IMG/VR virus record: IMGVR_UViG_3300008107_000253
Coordinates: 7,024 to 71,023 of that record
Strand: one strand, 5' to 3'
Origin: a virus
DNA: 64,000 nucleotides
The stretch's first letter is position 1. The number at the start of each line of letters is the position of its first letter. The position numbers were made by a program, and so were the translations under genes. Below are positions 9,933 to 19,487 of the stretch, one piece after another. Under the pieces are notes generated by a model. It did not search any database and had not been told where the DNA came from. It worked only from the letters and a program-made list of their open reading frames with translations.

Positions 9933-10603
9933 GGTATTAAATTTGGATGGCTAACAGTTGATACATTTGTTTCAGTTCCTATAGTAAATTGCAAATTGAC
10001 TGGTGTTCGATGCCTCACTAACGGGGCATAAAATTCTAATGATTGAGGTGCAATGTATTTTGGTGAAAATCCTTTAGCCAAAGCAGCGACTTCAGCATCT
10101 GATAATTCTGCACTCCAAATAGCAGCATCTGCAAATCCTCCAGGTAAACCTCTATCTGCGGCAGATCTATTTCCAATGGTTAATGGTGCATTTGTATCAC
10201 TTGTTCGTGTCCCGCTACCTGTGCTATTTAAAACAAGAGCTGCTGGTGTGCCATTTATCCAAATTTTTGCGTTTGATGTTGTACCCGGGAATGTACCATC
10301 CCAATATCCAGCAACATGCTGCCATTTATTTGTTCCTGCAGACAAAAGAGCTGTTTGGGTATTAACTATATAGTTTGAAAACGAGCCTACTACACCAATA
10401 GCAACACGGCCATCACCAGCATAAAAATACATTAAATATCCACCAGGGGATTCTTTGGCTATTAATCTTGGAAATGTTCCTGTTGTAAAACTAACAGGTC
10501 TAATCCAACAAGCTATTGTAAATTTTGCGATATTATCTAACGGCGATGCTCTATATGAATATGTTAATCTTGAAGTATTTGAATTACTCAACTCAATAGC
10601 CAT
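9929..10603 (-). CDS. LamG / concanavalin A-like lectin domain protein
   Basis: FTIACWIRP...WQHVAGYWDG...KIWING...LTIGN...DAAIWSAELSDAEV LamG_3-type pattern. Confidence 0.8.
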   Translation of the reverse strand: MAIELSNSNTSRLTYSYRASPLDNIAKFTIACWIRPVSFTTGTFPRLIAKESPGGYLMYFYAGDGRVAIGVVGSFSNYIVNTQTALLSAGTNKWQHVAGYWDGTFPGTTSNAKIWINGTPAALVLNSTGSGTRTSDTNAPLTIGNRSAADRGLPGGFADAAIWSAELSDAEVAALAKGFSPKYIAPQSLEFYAPLVRHRTPVNLQFTIGTETNVSTVSHPNLIP

Positions 10604-10606
10604 AGA

Positions 10607-13104
10607 TTATGAAATGGGTTGTAATACCGTCGCTTGAACAGCAATCAGTTCGACGTCACCTCTTGCGAAATCATTATTGATGTCGCGGCGAATACGAACT
10701 CTAAAATAATCATTAGCGGATAATGTCGACAATGCTGAATATCCTAATGTAGTTGATGTGACCTTTGATACACCGGATGTTGTAGGCACTGTTGCACCAA
10801 TGATAGTGGCAGAATTGCTCCAAATCATACTAACCGAATCAAGGCTGCTTAAATCAAGAGATTGCGTATCGACAATCCATCCGACCGTACAAAGTGCATT
10901 TGTTTCCGTAGTGCAAGACCATCTTACAGCAATTTCCATGCCCCCTGTGAAATTTGTACTAATTGGAATTACTACAGGGAATATAGCTGCATTTTCTGTT
11001 GTTTCAGTAAAGTCTAATACGTCAATACCTCCTCTTGTATCAAGTGTTGCGAAGTTTGCAGATGGTGGTTGATTGTGTCTTGGAAACCATGTTTTTAATA
11101 ACGTAGCACGAGCACTACTTGTAGAACCACCCCATGTACTGCTATTAGTAGTTACAGTTGTATATACATTATTCCAATTTGCACTATTAGCTGTAAGGTT
11201 AGTATACGCTTGATTCCAGTTGCCGCTGTTAGCAGTCACTGTATTATTGACCGCAGAATTGCTTGTACTGGTGCCCCATGTACTACTATTAGCAGTTACT
11301 GTTGTGTACGTTAAATTCCAATTACCACTATTAGCAGATGTTCTATTAGCAGTAAGGTTTGTATACGATTGATTCCAATTACTACTAGTACTCGACAATG
11401 CTGTATAACTTTGGTTCCAGTTTGAACTATTAGCAGATGTTACATTGAAAGCATTATTCCAATTACCACTATTGACTGTAAGATTAGTATAGCTTTGATT
11501 CCAGCTTGCACTATTAGCAGATGTTGTATTGAAAGCATTGTTCCAATTACCACTATTGACTGTAAGATTAGTATAGCTTTGATTCCAATTACCACTATTA
11601 GCAGTAAGATTAGTATAGCTTTGATTCCAATTTGCACTTGTGCTTGTAAGGGCCACAAATCCTTGATTCCATCTTGCACTATTGGATGTGAGATTTGTAT
11701 ATGATTGATTCCAATTACTGCTATTAGCAGTAAGATTAGTATAGCTTTGATTCCAGCTTGCACTATTAGCAGATGTTGTATTGAAAGCATTGTTCCAATT
11801 CGCACTATTAGCAGTAAGGTTTGTATACGATTGATTCCAGCTTGCACTATTAGCAGATGTTGTACTGAAAGTATTATTCCAATTACTGCTATTAGCAGTA
11901 AGATTAGTATAGCTTTGATTCCAATTGCCACTATTAGCAGTCACTGTATTATTGACCGCAGAATTGCTTGTACTGGTGCCCCATGTACTACTATTAGCAG
12001 TTACTGTTGTGTACGTTAAATTCCAATTACCACTATTAGCAGATGTTCAATACCCCATGTGCTGCTATTTGATTGCACTGTTGAGTAAGTTGAATTCCAA
12101 TTACTGCTATTGGCAGTAAGGTTAGTATAGCTTTGATTCCAATTGCCACTATTAGCAGTCACTGTATTATTGACCGCAGAATTGCTTGTGCTGGTTCCCC
12201 AAGATGCACTATTCGCTGTTACTGTTGAGTAAGCCGTGTTCCAGTTACCACTATTAGCTGTAAGATTTGTATACGATTGATTCCAATTAGCACTATTAGA
12301 TGTCACTGCATTATTGACTGCAGATGTAATGGGACTAGTACCCCACGTGCTGCTATTTGATTGTACTGTTGAATATGCTTGATTCCAATTACTACTAGTG
12401 CTAGACAATGCTGTATAACTTTGGTTCCAGTTTGAACTGTTGGTAGATGTTACATTGAAAGCATTATTCCAATTTGCGCTTGTGCTTGTAAGAGCCGCAA
12501 ATCCTTGATTCCATCTAGCACTATTAGCCGTAAGATTAGTATATGATTGATTCCAATTACTGCTATTAGCGGATGTTGTGCTAAAAGTATTGTTCCAGTT
12601 TGCACTATTAGCCGTAAGATTAGTATATGATTGATTCCAATTTGCACTATTGGATGATACTAAATTATTAATAGCAGAATTTCCGGTGCTAACTCCCCAA
12701 GATGCACTATTCGATGACACCGTCGAATATACTGAATTCCAATTAGCACTATTAGCAATAACAATATTATTAACAGCAGAATTGCCTGTACCTGAACTCC
12801 ATGTACTACTATTGGCTGTAAGAACTGCATATGATTGATTCCAAAAACTACTATTGGAAATAACCAACGAATTGACTGCAGGATTTCCAGATCCAATACC
12901 CCATGTTGAGCTATTGGATGTAAGAGTGGTGTATGCTTGATTCCAATAACTACTATTGGAAATAACCACTATAGAAACGCCCGGATCTGTTGGTGCAAAT
13001 ACTTTAACATCCCATTTATTAAGAGCAGCATTATATTGCCAAGTATTCAATCCGAATGAAACAAGCTGACCATCTGTTGCTGATATTGGAAATTGCAATG
13101 CCAT
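10607..13104 (-). CDS. Fibre-like structural protein with 14-aa Asn/Ser/Trp repeats, split by a frameshift near 12048 into two ORFs (12016..13104 and 10607..11944)
   Basis: N-terminal MALQFP...GQ...TWQY phage-fibre-type start; the WNQSYTNLTANSxN repeat continues across the frame break; globular C-terminal domain. Confidence 0.65.
11130..12975 (-). repeat. Degenerate 42-bp (14-aa) coding tandem repeats
   Basis: Recurrent gattccaattNNcactattagcagtaag-like units at about 42-nt spacing; 115 bp identical at 11229-11343 and 11934-12048. Confidence 0.9.
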
Positions 13105-13243
13105 GTATTAATTATTTACTTCAATGCCAACCGAATCTTATAGTATATAAAATGAATTATAATGGCTGTAATCATTATTCGATGTATTTTTAATCAGACT
13201 ACAAAGAAAACTTATGAAATTCACATAAGTACGTTACATACAT

Positions 13244-13990
13244 ATGAACGCCAAATTGAAACAACTTTTAGAAAAGCGTAAAGCAATGAAGAAAACCGGC
13301 AAAGGTAACTTCAAGCAAACAACCGCTACAAAACTTCCAGATCGTCCAACACCAAAGAAGGGTCCATCTGGCGCTGGTCCTGAAGGTGTTAAAACACCAG
13401 TCAAGCCGAAAAAAGTCAACGAATCAGTACCAGCTTTTGGTTCTAGATTTAATAGACTATGGGAACAAACTCTAACAGAGAATCAAAATTTCTTAGCAGA
13501 AGACGACGCATCCGATCTATACTATGAGTATGATATGATGAACGATGAAGACTACGGAGATGCTGATATGATGGGTGGAGAATCAGAAGGTGGTGATAAT
13601 GTTACACTAACACTCGATAAGCAAACTGCTCAAATGCTTCTTGATCTTTTGCAAGCCGCTGTTGGTGGTGGTGAAATGGAAGAGCTTGAAGGTGGTGAAG
13701 AGGAAGAAGTAACAGGAGAATCAAAAGACGACGAAGATGAAGATGAAGATAAGGAAGTCGTAGAAGAAGAAGGAAGCTACAGCATGACTAGCGCTAATCT
13801 TGGTGCTGGTGCTAAGCTTGCTCAACCAGGATCAAAAACAGTTAAAAGCAAACTAGGTGCACGACCTGGTAAAGCCGGAAATGTTAAGACCTATGATAGC
13901 AGTGGCAAACTAACTGCTGTCGGTGCTCCAAAACAATTAGGACTACAAGTGAAATCGAACATGAGTTCTGCTGGCAAGGATCTCTTCTAA
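13244..13990 (+). CDS. Acidic putative prohead core / internal head protein
   Basis: Basic termini with a very acidic centre and L-x-E sites; CATAAGTA box upstream; followed by a terminator. Confidence 0.5.
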   Translation: MNAKLKQLLEKRKAMKKTGKGNFKQTTATKLPDRPTPKKGPSGAGPEGVKTPVKPKKVNESVPAFGSRFNRLWEQTLTENQNFLAEDDASDLYYEYDMMNDEDYGDADMMGGESEGGDNVTLTLDKQTAQMLLDLLQAAVGGGEMEELEGGEEEEVTGESKDDEDEDEDKEVVEEEGSYSMTSANLGAGAKLAQPGSKTVKSKLGARPGKAGNVKTYDSSGKLTAVGAPKQLGLQVKSNMSSAGKDLF

Positions 13991-14018
13991 AAAGAAATCA
14001 ATAAATACATAACAAAAC

Positions 14019-14047
14019 AAAAAAGGGTCGCAGTGCGACCCTTTTTT
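14019..14047. terminator. Bidirectional intrinsic terminator
   Basis: AAAAAAGGGTCGC-agt-GCGACCCTTTTTT between convergent genes. Confidence 0.85.
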
Positions 14048-14048
14048 A

Positions 14049-14390
14049 TTACTCAAATTTAATATGAAGTTGGTTATTTAAAAATTTACTTGTTTTGTAT
14101 TTTCCTATATACAAAGAAAGATTTTTATAACCCTTAGTATTCTTTACTGCAATTTTGCTTATATCGTAATCAAAAACGATCAAATCGTTATTAGTTGTGT
14201 AGTGGAATGGTATTGGCAGTGAAATTATTTCAGCGGTAGGTTTGTTCGATTTAATATACAAATCTAAAGTAAATAAATTTGGTCTTACCAAAATAAATTT
14301 ACCTTTCTTTATTACCTGGGTTCCTCCAATGGTAATTTCAATATTTTTCTGAAATTGGGTTTTGAAAAAATTTTCTAAAAAGTTAATCAT
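14049..14390 (-). CDS. Hypothetical protein
   Basis: 113-aa ORF coupled to the upstream gene. Confidence 0.6.
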   Translation of the reverse strand: MINFLENFFKTQFQKNIEITIGGTQVIKKGKFILVRPNLFTLDLYIKSNKPTAEIISLPIPFHYTTNNDLIVFDYDISKIAVKNTKGYKNLSLYIGKYKTSKFLNNQLHIKFE

Positions 14391-14788
14391 TAGCTATTCA
14401 TAAACTTCAACTTGTCTTCAGAGGAAAGAGACATAATGTTATCATCAAAGTATTTCCAAAATGATTCTATTTCTGCGTCTGTTGTTACTGGTATAGCAGT
14501 AATAACCTGAGACCCCTCAGCACCAAATAATCGATATTCTTGCCACAATAAATCCCACGCCAGTACTAAATTCTTTGCTACTACATTAAATCCCAATCCA
14601 GATGCACCGTCTTTAATACCAGTATATCTCAGGGTTACCTTGCCTCGAGGGCTATTAAGCAAAACAGTATTATTAGTAATAAATGCTCTTCTTGTAGCAG
14701 CATTTCCTGGTTTTGGCTTTCTACGTACAAACTTAGCTTCAATTACGTTTGTATCGAGCAAGCCATATAGTTCAGACAACGATGCCAT
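14390..14788 (-). CDS. Hypothetical protein, possible WYL/SH3-like fold
   Basis: VIEAKFVRR...RRAFITNN...LVLAWDLLWQEYRLF resembles phage WYL_2-type proteins. Confidence 0.45.
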   Translation of the reverse strand: MASLSELYGLLDTNVIEAKFVRRKPKPGNAATRRAFITNNTVLLNSPRGKVTLRYTGIKDGASGLGFNVVAKNLVLAWDLLWQEYRLFGAEGSQVITAIPVTTDAEIESFWKYFDDNIMSLSSEDKLKFMNS

Positions 14789-14789
14789 G

Positions 14790-15131
14790 TTATTCTTGTG
14801 GTTTGAGTTTTACTTTGCCGAATAATCTATCCTCATTGATATATCTTACTTCTTGGCCTGCATGCTTAATTCCAGGAATACCTCGATCATTAGGAAAGAG
14901 AACCATATCACCCACCTCAATGTTATTTGTGCATTTAGGACCTTTGAGTAAAACTTTACCAACACGCCACATAGAATATGTAACACTTGGGTCTACATAA
15001 AGAGAACCTCTTTTAATCATACCATCTGTTGTGGCATCAGTATATACAACCATTAGAGTGTCTCCAAATAGTTCTGTGATTTCGAAATCTTCTGGAAGTT
15101 GAACTCCATGATACTTTTCAATATTTTCCAT
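14790..15131 (-). CDS. GroES-like co-chaperonin
   Basis: GDTLMV...GSLYV...GKVLLKGP...IEVGDMVLF...YINEDRLFG Cpn10 pattern. Confidence 0.8.
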   Translation of the reverse strand: MENIEKYHGVQLPEDFEITELFGDTLMVVYTDATTDGMIKRGSLYVDPSVTYSMWRVGKVLLKGPKCTNNIEVGDMVLFPNDRGIPGIKHAGQEVRYINEDRLFGKVKLKPQE

Positions 15132-15147
15132 ATATCATCAATTATGA

Positions 15148-15537
15148 TTACTTTTTGTAAATATCAACATTAAATGGTTTTTTATCAATTTCTGTTTTTT
15201 CAAGATACATACGTACCTCTCTTTCTGAAATTTCTAAATTACGTGCAATTGCACTAATCACTTCGTCAGGTTTTTCATTTTTATCTTTTGATTTCTTAAT
15301 GTAATTAAGCTTGCGGAATTTAACGCGAGGAAGCATCGTAATAAATGCATCATACCAATCTTGCTTTGTATTGAATGATGCCCAATAGCGATTGGTTGTT
15401 TCATTAACAATCAATGCCATTTCGGGAGAATGCATTGTTAGCCACCTCTGAATCAAAAAAGGCACAAAATCATTATCCTCTTCAAGAATCTCTGGGTTCT
15501 TTTGATAGAGAATATTTTTAAGATAATCAAAAAGCAT
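15148..15537 (-). CDS. Clamp loader small subunit (T4 gp62-like)
   Basis: LFDYLKNI...FVPFLIQRWL...NETTN...IARNLEISEREVRMYL; ATG at 15537. Confidence 0.7.
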   Translation of the reverse strand: MLFDYLKNILYQKNPEILEEDNDFVPFLIQRWLTMHSPEMALIVNETTNRYWASFNTKQDWYDAFITMLPRVKFRKLNYIKKSKDKNEKPDEVISAIARNLEISEREVRMYLEKTEIDKKPFNVDIYKK

Positions 15538-15538
15538 A

Positions 15539-16129
15539 TTAAATAATTGCTGTCTTAGATGTAGCAATGAAAATATCTTGAATCATTGAATAAAATTCTT
15601 GAATAACATCATTTGCAAAGCTTAATACGACCTGATCTGTCATTCGTGTGGAGTATGCAAATGCTGGTGCTTTTGGTCCTGCATTGATATTAATGCCTAA
15701 ATGTCCGAGTGTCGCCCCATTAACTTCATGGCAAATAGAAACGCTGGCTTTGCCTCTTGGTAATACCAAGCCATGATGGTCACTTACAAATTCATTTTCA
15801 ACCATGATGTCATCGCCTTCTAATGTAATTCTTGGAATGCCTTTTGAATGAAGAATTTGAGCCACCTGTGCAATGAAAAGTCTTTGAAAACATACAGCAC
15901 CAAAGCGATCAAGATTTGGAATCTCCCAAACAAATTGAATTGCATCGTCGCTATGAATGAAATCATTATTCAATACATCTTCAAGGTCTACAAGATTTGA
16001 TGTTACATCCATTGACCCTCGAAATGCCATAATATCTCCTAATGGATTAACTTTCTTGCGAAGATACTTGTATGCAAATCTTTGATGAATAAGAGAACCG
16101 TCGTAACTTTTAATTTCTGTGTTATACAT
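15539..16129 (-). CDS. DUF366-family protein (biotin/lipoate-ligase-like fold)
   Basis: YDGS...FAY...GDIMAFRGSMDV...LVDLEDV...IHSDD...FQRL...GDDIMV...GKASVSI...HLGINI matches my recollection of DUF366. Confidence 0.75.
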   Translation of the reverse strand: MYNTEIKSYDGSLIHQRFAYKYLRKKVNPLGDIMAFRGSMDVTSNLVDLEDVLNNDFIHSDDAIQFVWEIPNLDRFGAVCFQRLFIAQVAQILHSKGIPRITLEGDDIMVENEFVSDHHGLVLPRGKASVSICHEVNGATLGHLGININAGPKAPAFAYSTRMTDQVVLSFANDVIQEFYSMIQDIFIATSKTAII

Positions 16130-16583
16130 AATAGAGTGGTGAAGTTGTTAGTGTATTAATATAATTTGGCATGCTCACAGAATCAATGTATTTTCCTCGA
16201 TACCTCCAGAATAATTTATCTCCCTTGGCATGTATCTTTTCAACAATGCGTGTTTTGAGAATATCTGAATCTCTGTTACTTGGTCTCCAATCATTTAAAA
16301 GATGCTCTGGGTATTCATCTAACTTAAATTCTTTATCTGTTACTTTAAATTTTCGATTAATAATTTCGTTTTTAATTTCATTATGTCTTTTATGAAGGTA
16401 AAGAATTTTGTCAGTCCAAAAAAGAATATGACCTTTATTCAAAGTCATAGCAGGAGGTATTTTAGCCTTCATCTGAAAATTATATTTTCTCAGCATTCCA
16501 TCAACAATTAATAGCTCTGACTGTTCTGCTATTAAATGTTGATCGCATAAAATTTCAGGATTAATTCCTGCATTACATCTCAT
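16122..16583 (-). CDS. denV: Pyrimidine-dimer DNA glycosylase / endonuclease V-like
   Basis: LCDQHLIAEQSEL and IP...TLNKGHILFWTDKILYLHKRH align with T4 DenV LADQHLMAEYREL / [20 protein letters not shown]. Confidence 0.8.
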   Translation of the reverse strand: MRCNAGINPEILCDQHLIAEQSELLIVDGMLRKYNFQMKAKIPPAMTLNKGHILFWTDKILYLHKRHNEIKNEIINRKFKVTDKEFKLDEYPEHLLNDWRPSNRDSDILKTRIVEKIHAKGDKLFWRYRGKYIDSVSMPNYINTLTTSPLYYV

Positions 16584-17200
16584 GGTACAAAATAAAGTGG
16601 CTTGGTGTTGTATTTATGTGCTGATATTAATTCATGACCGACAACTTCAAATACTGTATGTTCTGCAATACTTGTTTTACATGAATCAGTTTCTACAGAA
16701 GAAAAATCACCCGACCATCTATCAATAAATAAAGTATTTGCTGATCTGGTAATGTATAACTTTTTTGTAGTCATATTATACATCCAACATGACCATGTAC
16801 CTTGTAATTTTTCAAAAAATGAAAAATCTGAATATGCATATAATAAAAAAGGAATTATACTACTGTCAATTGCATAATCAGCAATGCTCAAATTATGTTC
16901 TTTTAGTAAAGCTTTATGATTTGTCAAAATGCCATTATGAGCAACTAACCAATTCCTAAATGAAAATGGATGGCATGTGTCTGGTGTAAATTCAAGACCA
17001 GCACCAGTAGGTGCTCTTAAATGACCAAGATATACATCCGCATCGGTATTGATTTTAGCTTTTACATCTTCAGATTTGTATATTGTTGCTTTATTATCAC
17101 TAAGAAATAATCCACCAAAGCATTTCACTCCACGAACAGAATTCGCATCATATAACTCATTGAATCTTTCTAACTTACTTGATTTGAAAATACCACACAT
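16580..17200 (-). CDS. Class II (Ntn) glutamine amidotransferase
   Basis: N-terminal nucleophile MCGIF; GHLRAPT, HPF, VAHNGILTN, DSS. Confidence 0.85.
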   Translation of the reverse strand: MCGIFKSSKLERFNELYDANSVRGVKCFGGLFLSDNKATIYKSEDVKAKINTDADVYLGHLRAPTGAGLEFTPDTCHPFSFRNWLVAHNGILTNHKALLKEHNLSIADYAIDSSIIPFLLYAYSDFSFFEKLQGTWSCWMYNMTTKKLYITRSANTLFIDRWSGDFSSVETDSCKTSIAEHTVFEVVGHELISAHKYNTKPLYFVP

Positions 17201-17202
17201 AC

Positions 17203-17877
17203 TTAACTATACTTTGTTAAAAACAAATTTTCACTATTTTTCCACACTTTATCACTCGTAGAATTTAGACCTCCTGATTGATGAGTAACATGCAATGGAA
17301 TTGTTGACATTTTCAATCCTGCTTTGTTTGCTTGTATGCAGAAGTCAATATCATAATGGTGGAAATGAAATTGAGGATCGAATAGCACTCCCTTATCGAT
17401 AATTGCGTTTTTATTCAGTGCTAAAAACAGACCATCCATCACTACACATCTTTTTGGTGATAATCCAAAATTAGTAGCAAATGAATGATTGTCTGGTGTA
17501 AAATGATTTACAAACCCACACCAATTTTCTTTTGGCGACATCAAATGCCATAATGCTGGTGATTTAATTTGCATTGCACTTGCACCTGCCAATCCAAGTA
17601 TTTCAAATTCACGGAATCCTTGTTCTAATTTTTCCAGCCAAAATAAGTCTTCGACAATGACGTCATCATGGACACAAACCACGTAGTCTTGCTCGCAGTG
17701 TAAAATTGCATGATTATAAACATCAGGCAATCCAATTTTATTATTATACGCAATATATGCTTGATCGCTGACTTTTGCTTTTCTGAGAAATTTAGCAAGG
17801 TGTGAATCTTTCCAAAATTCATCATGTGATTTTTGGGTAGCAGATGCAAAGTAAATATCTGTAATTTTTATACTCAT
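17203..17877 (-). CDS. GT-A fold glycosyltransferase (GT2-like)
   Basis: YVVCVHDDV DxD-like motif; GLAG; MDGLFLA; FHFHHYDIDFC. Confidence 0.8.
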   Translation of the reverse strand: MSIKITDIYFASATQKSHDEFWKDSHLAKFLRKAKVSDQAYIAYNNKIGLPDVYNHAILHCEQDYVVCVHDDVIVEDLFWLEKLEQGFREFEILGLAGASAMQIKSPALWHLMSPKENWCGFVNHFTPDNHSFATNFGLSPKRCVVMDGLFLALNKNAIIDKGVLFDPQFHFHHYDIDFCIQANKAGLKMSTIPLHVTHQSGGLNSTSDKVWKNSENLFLTKYS

Positions 17878-18614
17878 AGGATTCCGTATTTCTTATAATC
17901 AATGGAAATTGCATATTCCATGGGATCTTTCATTTTAGCATTAATGAACCCCTGTAATCTATTAGCACACGCCACACATTCACCACATGAAATTGTTTTG
18001 ATTCCAGGCACATCGATTGGGTTATAACAAGTCCATGTTAATTCAAACGGCACATTTAATTCAGCGCCTCTATGAATAATTTCTTCTTTATTCATGGTCA
18101 TTAGAGGTGCTTTAATTTCGATTGCATTCTTTCTATTAAGACAAATGACCTTATTAATTGACTCAAGAAACTCTGCAGAAGCATCCCAATATCCGGATAG
18201 AGTGTCTGCTTGTTGTGCTCCATAATATACTTCATTTGATTCGGTGCTTTCAGCAAAACCAACTGCAGTGCTCAACATAATCATATTGCGATTGGGTACA
18301 TAACTTAGAGGCTGAGGATCACCAAGAACGTCTCTCGCTTTTGGTATTTCATATTCTCCATTCAAGAGTGCCGATTTTTGAAGATAATCAAAAACATGCT
18401 TTAGTGAAATCGAATGTAAAACGACTTTGTTTTGAATTTTTGAGGTCAAATTATCGATCACATTCTCTGCTGCCTTACATTCAATTGAATGCCTTTGTCC
18501 ATAGAAGAAATTAAGACAATATAAAATTTCCCCCTCTTTTAATTGTGATGCTACCTCATAAAGCAAGACGGTTGAATCTAACCCTCCGCTAAATATAATT
18601 ACCTTGTTAGTCAT
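17874..18614 (-). CDS. queC: 7-cyano-7-deazaguanine synthase
   Basis: SGGLDST, YGQRH, YVPNRN, YWDA, APLMTMNKEEI, TWTCY...CGECVAC zinc site; probable ATG at 18614. Confidence 0.93.
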   Translation of the reverse strand: MTNKVIIFSGGLDSTVLLYEVASQLKEGEILYCLNFFYGQRHSIECKAAENVIDNLTSKIQNKVVLHSISLKHVFDYLQKSALLNGEYEIPKARDVLGDPQPLSYVPNRNMIMLSTAVGFAESTESNEVYYGAQQADTLSGYWDASAEFLESINKVICLNRKNAIEIKAPLMTMNKEEIIHRGAELNVPFELTWTCYNPIDVPGIKTISCGECVACANRLQGFINAKMKDPMEYAISIDYKKYGIL

Positions 18615-18620
18615 AAATAA

Positions 18621-18649
18621 AATATAATACACTGAAATCAACAATTCAA
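18621..18649 (-). promoter_or_regulatory. sigma70-like promoter TTGAAT-N17-TATATT for the queC cluster
   Basis: 17-nt spacer; -10 ends 6 nt before the queC ATG. Confidence 0.5.
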
Positions 18650-18668
18650 GTGATAAATAAATATAGTT

Positions 18669-19487
18669 ATGTCCAAGCTTAAACAAATTTTCCTATCTAC
18701 TCTTCGAGAGGCTGACGAAGAAAAAACATATGATCCTACTGCAGATGAAGTGCCTCTACGCAGCAGGCTTGAGAATGATGACATTGAACCAGATGCTCTT
18801 GATGTAGAACCAGGCCCTCCGAATACAGGATATAAAGCTGAAGTCGAGGCTGCTAAAAAATGGATTACTGAAATTGAAAGATTCGTTGAATATTTAAATG
18901 ACATTGACCAAGGATCAATCAACCGCCAAATTAACGTGCTCGACAGAGACAATAGTGTCTTTAAAGGCATTGCTTCACGTATTTCGGATAAGATTGCACG
19001 TGTATCATCTGACCTCGCTGAATTAAAAGAAATTATGGCTGGATTTGTTATCGCATCTGATCGCAAAGCTAAAAACATTCGCCTTTCAGATTCATTAAGT
19101 GTTGCTGATGTTGTAGTCGAAACGTTGTCGAGAATCGGCTTTGAAACAACATATTCAAGCCCAAAATTATGTCGTATGGTACTTGAGACCACAGAAGGCG
19201 AACTTAAAGCTGAAGTTCATGAAGACGGTACTGTAAACGGCGAAAGCATTGATGCTTATTTAGATCGCCTTGCATCTGAATATGATATCAATGCAATTAT
19301 CGAAGATGATGTTCTTCATGAAGAAATTGTGATGGATGAAAAAATCCTCAAACAAATCAAAGAAATTGATGATAAACTAGCGGTGCAGTGGAATCAAGAT
19401 TTGTATGCAAAGCGCAAAGCTCTCCAGTCAAAAATGGAAACAAATTATATTGATGTCGCGAAAAGCTTAATTGGCGAAAAAGATTAA
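18669..19487 (+). CDS. Hypothetical acidic protein, probably virion-associated
   Basis: 272-aa ORF; ATAAATA box upstream; N-terminal LKQIFLSTLRE. Confidence 0.6.
   Translation: MSKLKQIFLSTLREADEEKTYDPTADEVPLRSRLENDDIEPDALDVEPGPPNTGYKAEVEAAKKWITEIERFVEYLNDIDQGSINRQINVLDRDNSVFKGIASRISDKIARVSSDLAELKEIMAGFVIASDRKAKNIRLSDSLSVADVVVETLSRIGFETTYSSPKLCRMVLETTEGELKAEVHEDGTVNGESIDAYLDRLASEYDINAIIEDDVLHEEIVMDEKILKQIKEIDDKLAVQWNQDLYAKRKALQSKMETNYIDVAKSLIGEKD

Noticed and set aside
11440-11931. Hydrophobic repetitive ORFs (IVVIGIKAILILL) suggesting membrane proteins
   Set aside because: They are alternate-frame translations of the fibre repeat DNA
11229-12048. Duplicated segment as a DGR template/variable repeat pair
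   Set aside because: The copies are identical rather than adenine-mutated, and no reverse transcriptase is in the window
11130-12975. Regularly spaced DNA repeats resembling a CRISPR array
   Set aside because: The units are degenerate at synonymous positions, have no unique spacers and encode a 14-aa protein repeat; no cas genes are present
16580-18614. QatABCD or CBASS-associated QueC defence system
   Set aside because: There is no adjacent KAP ATPase, TatD or cyclase; the presence of folE and a TGT-fold gene favours deazaguanine biosynthesis
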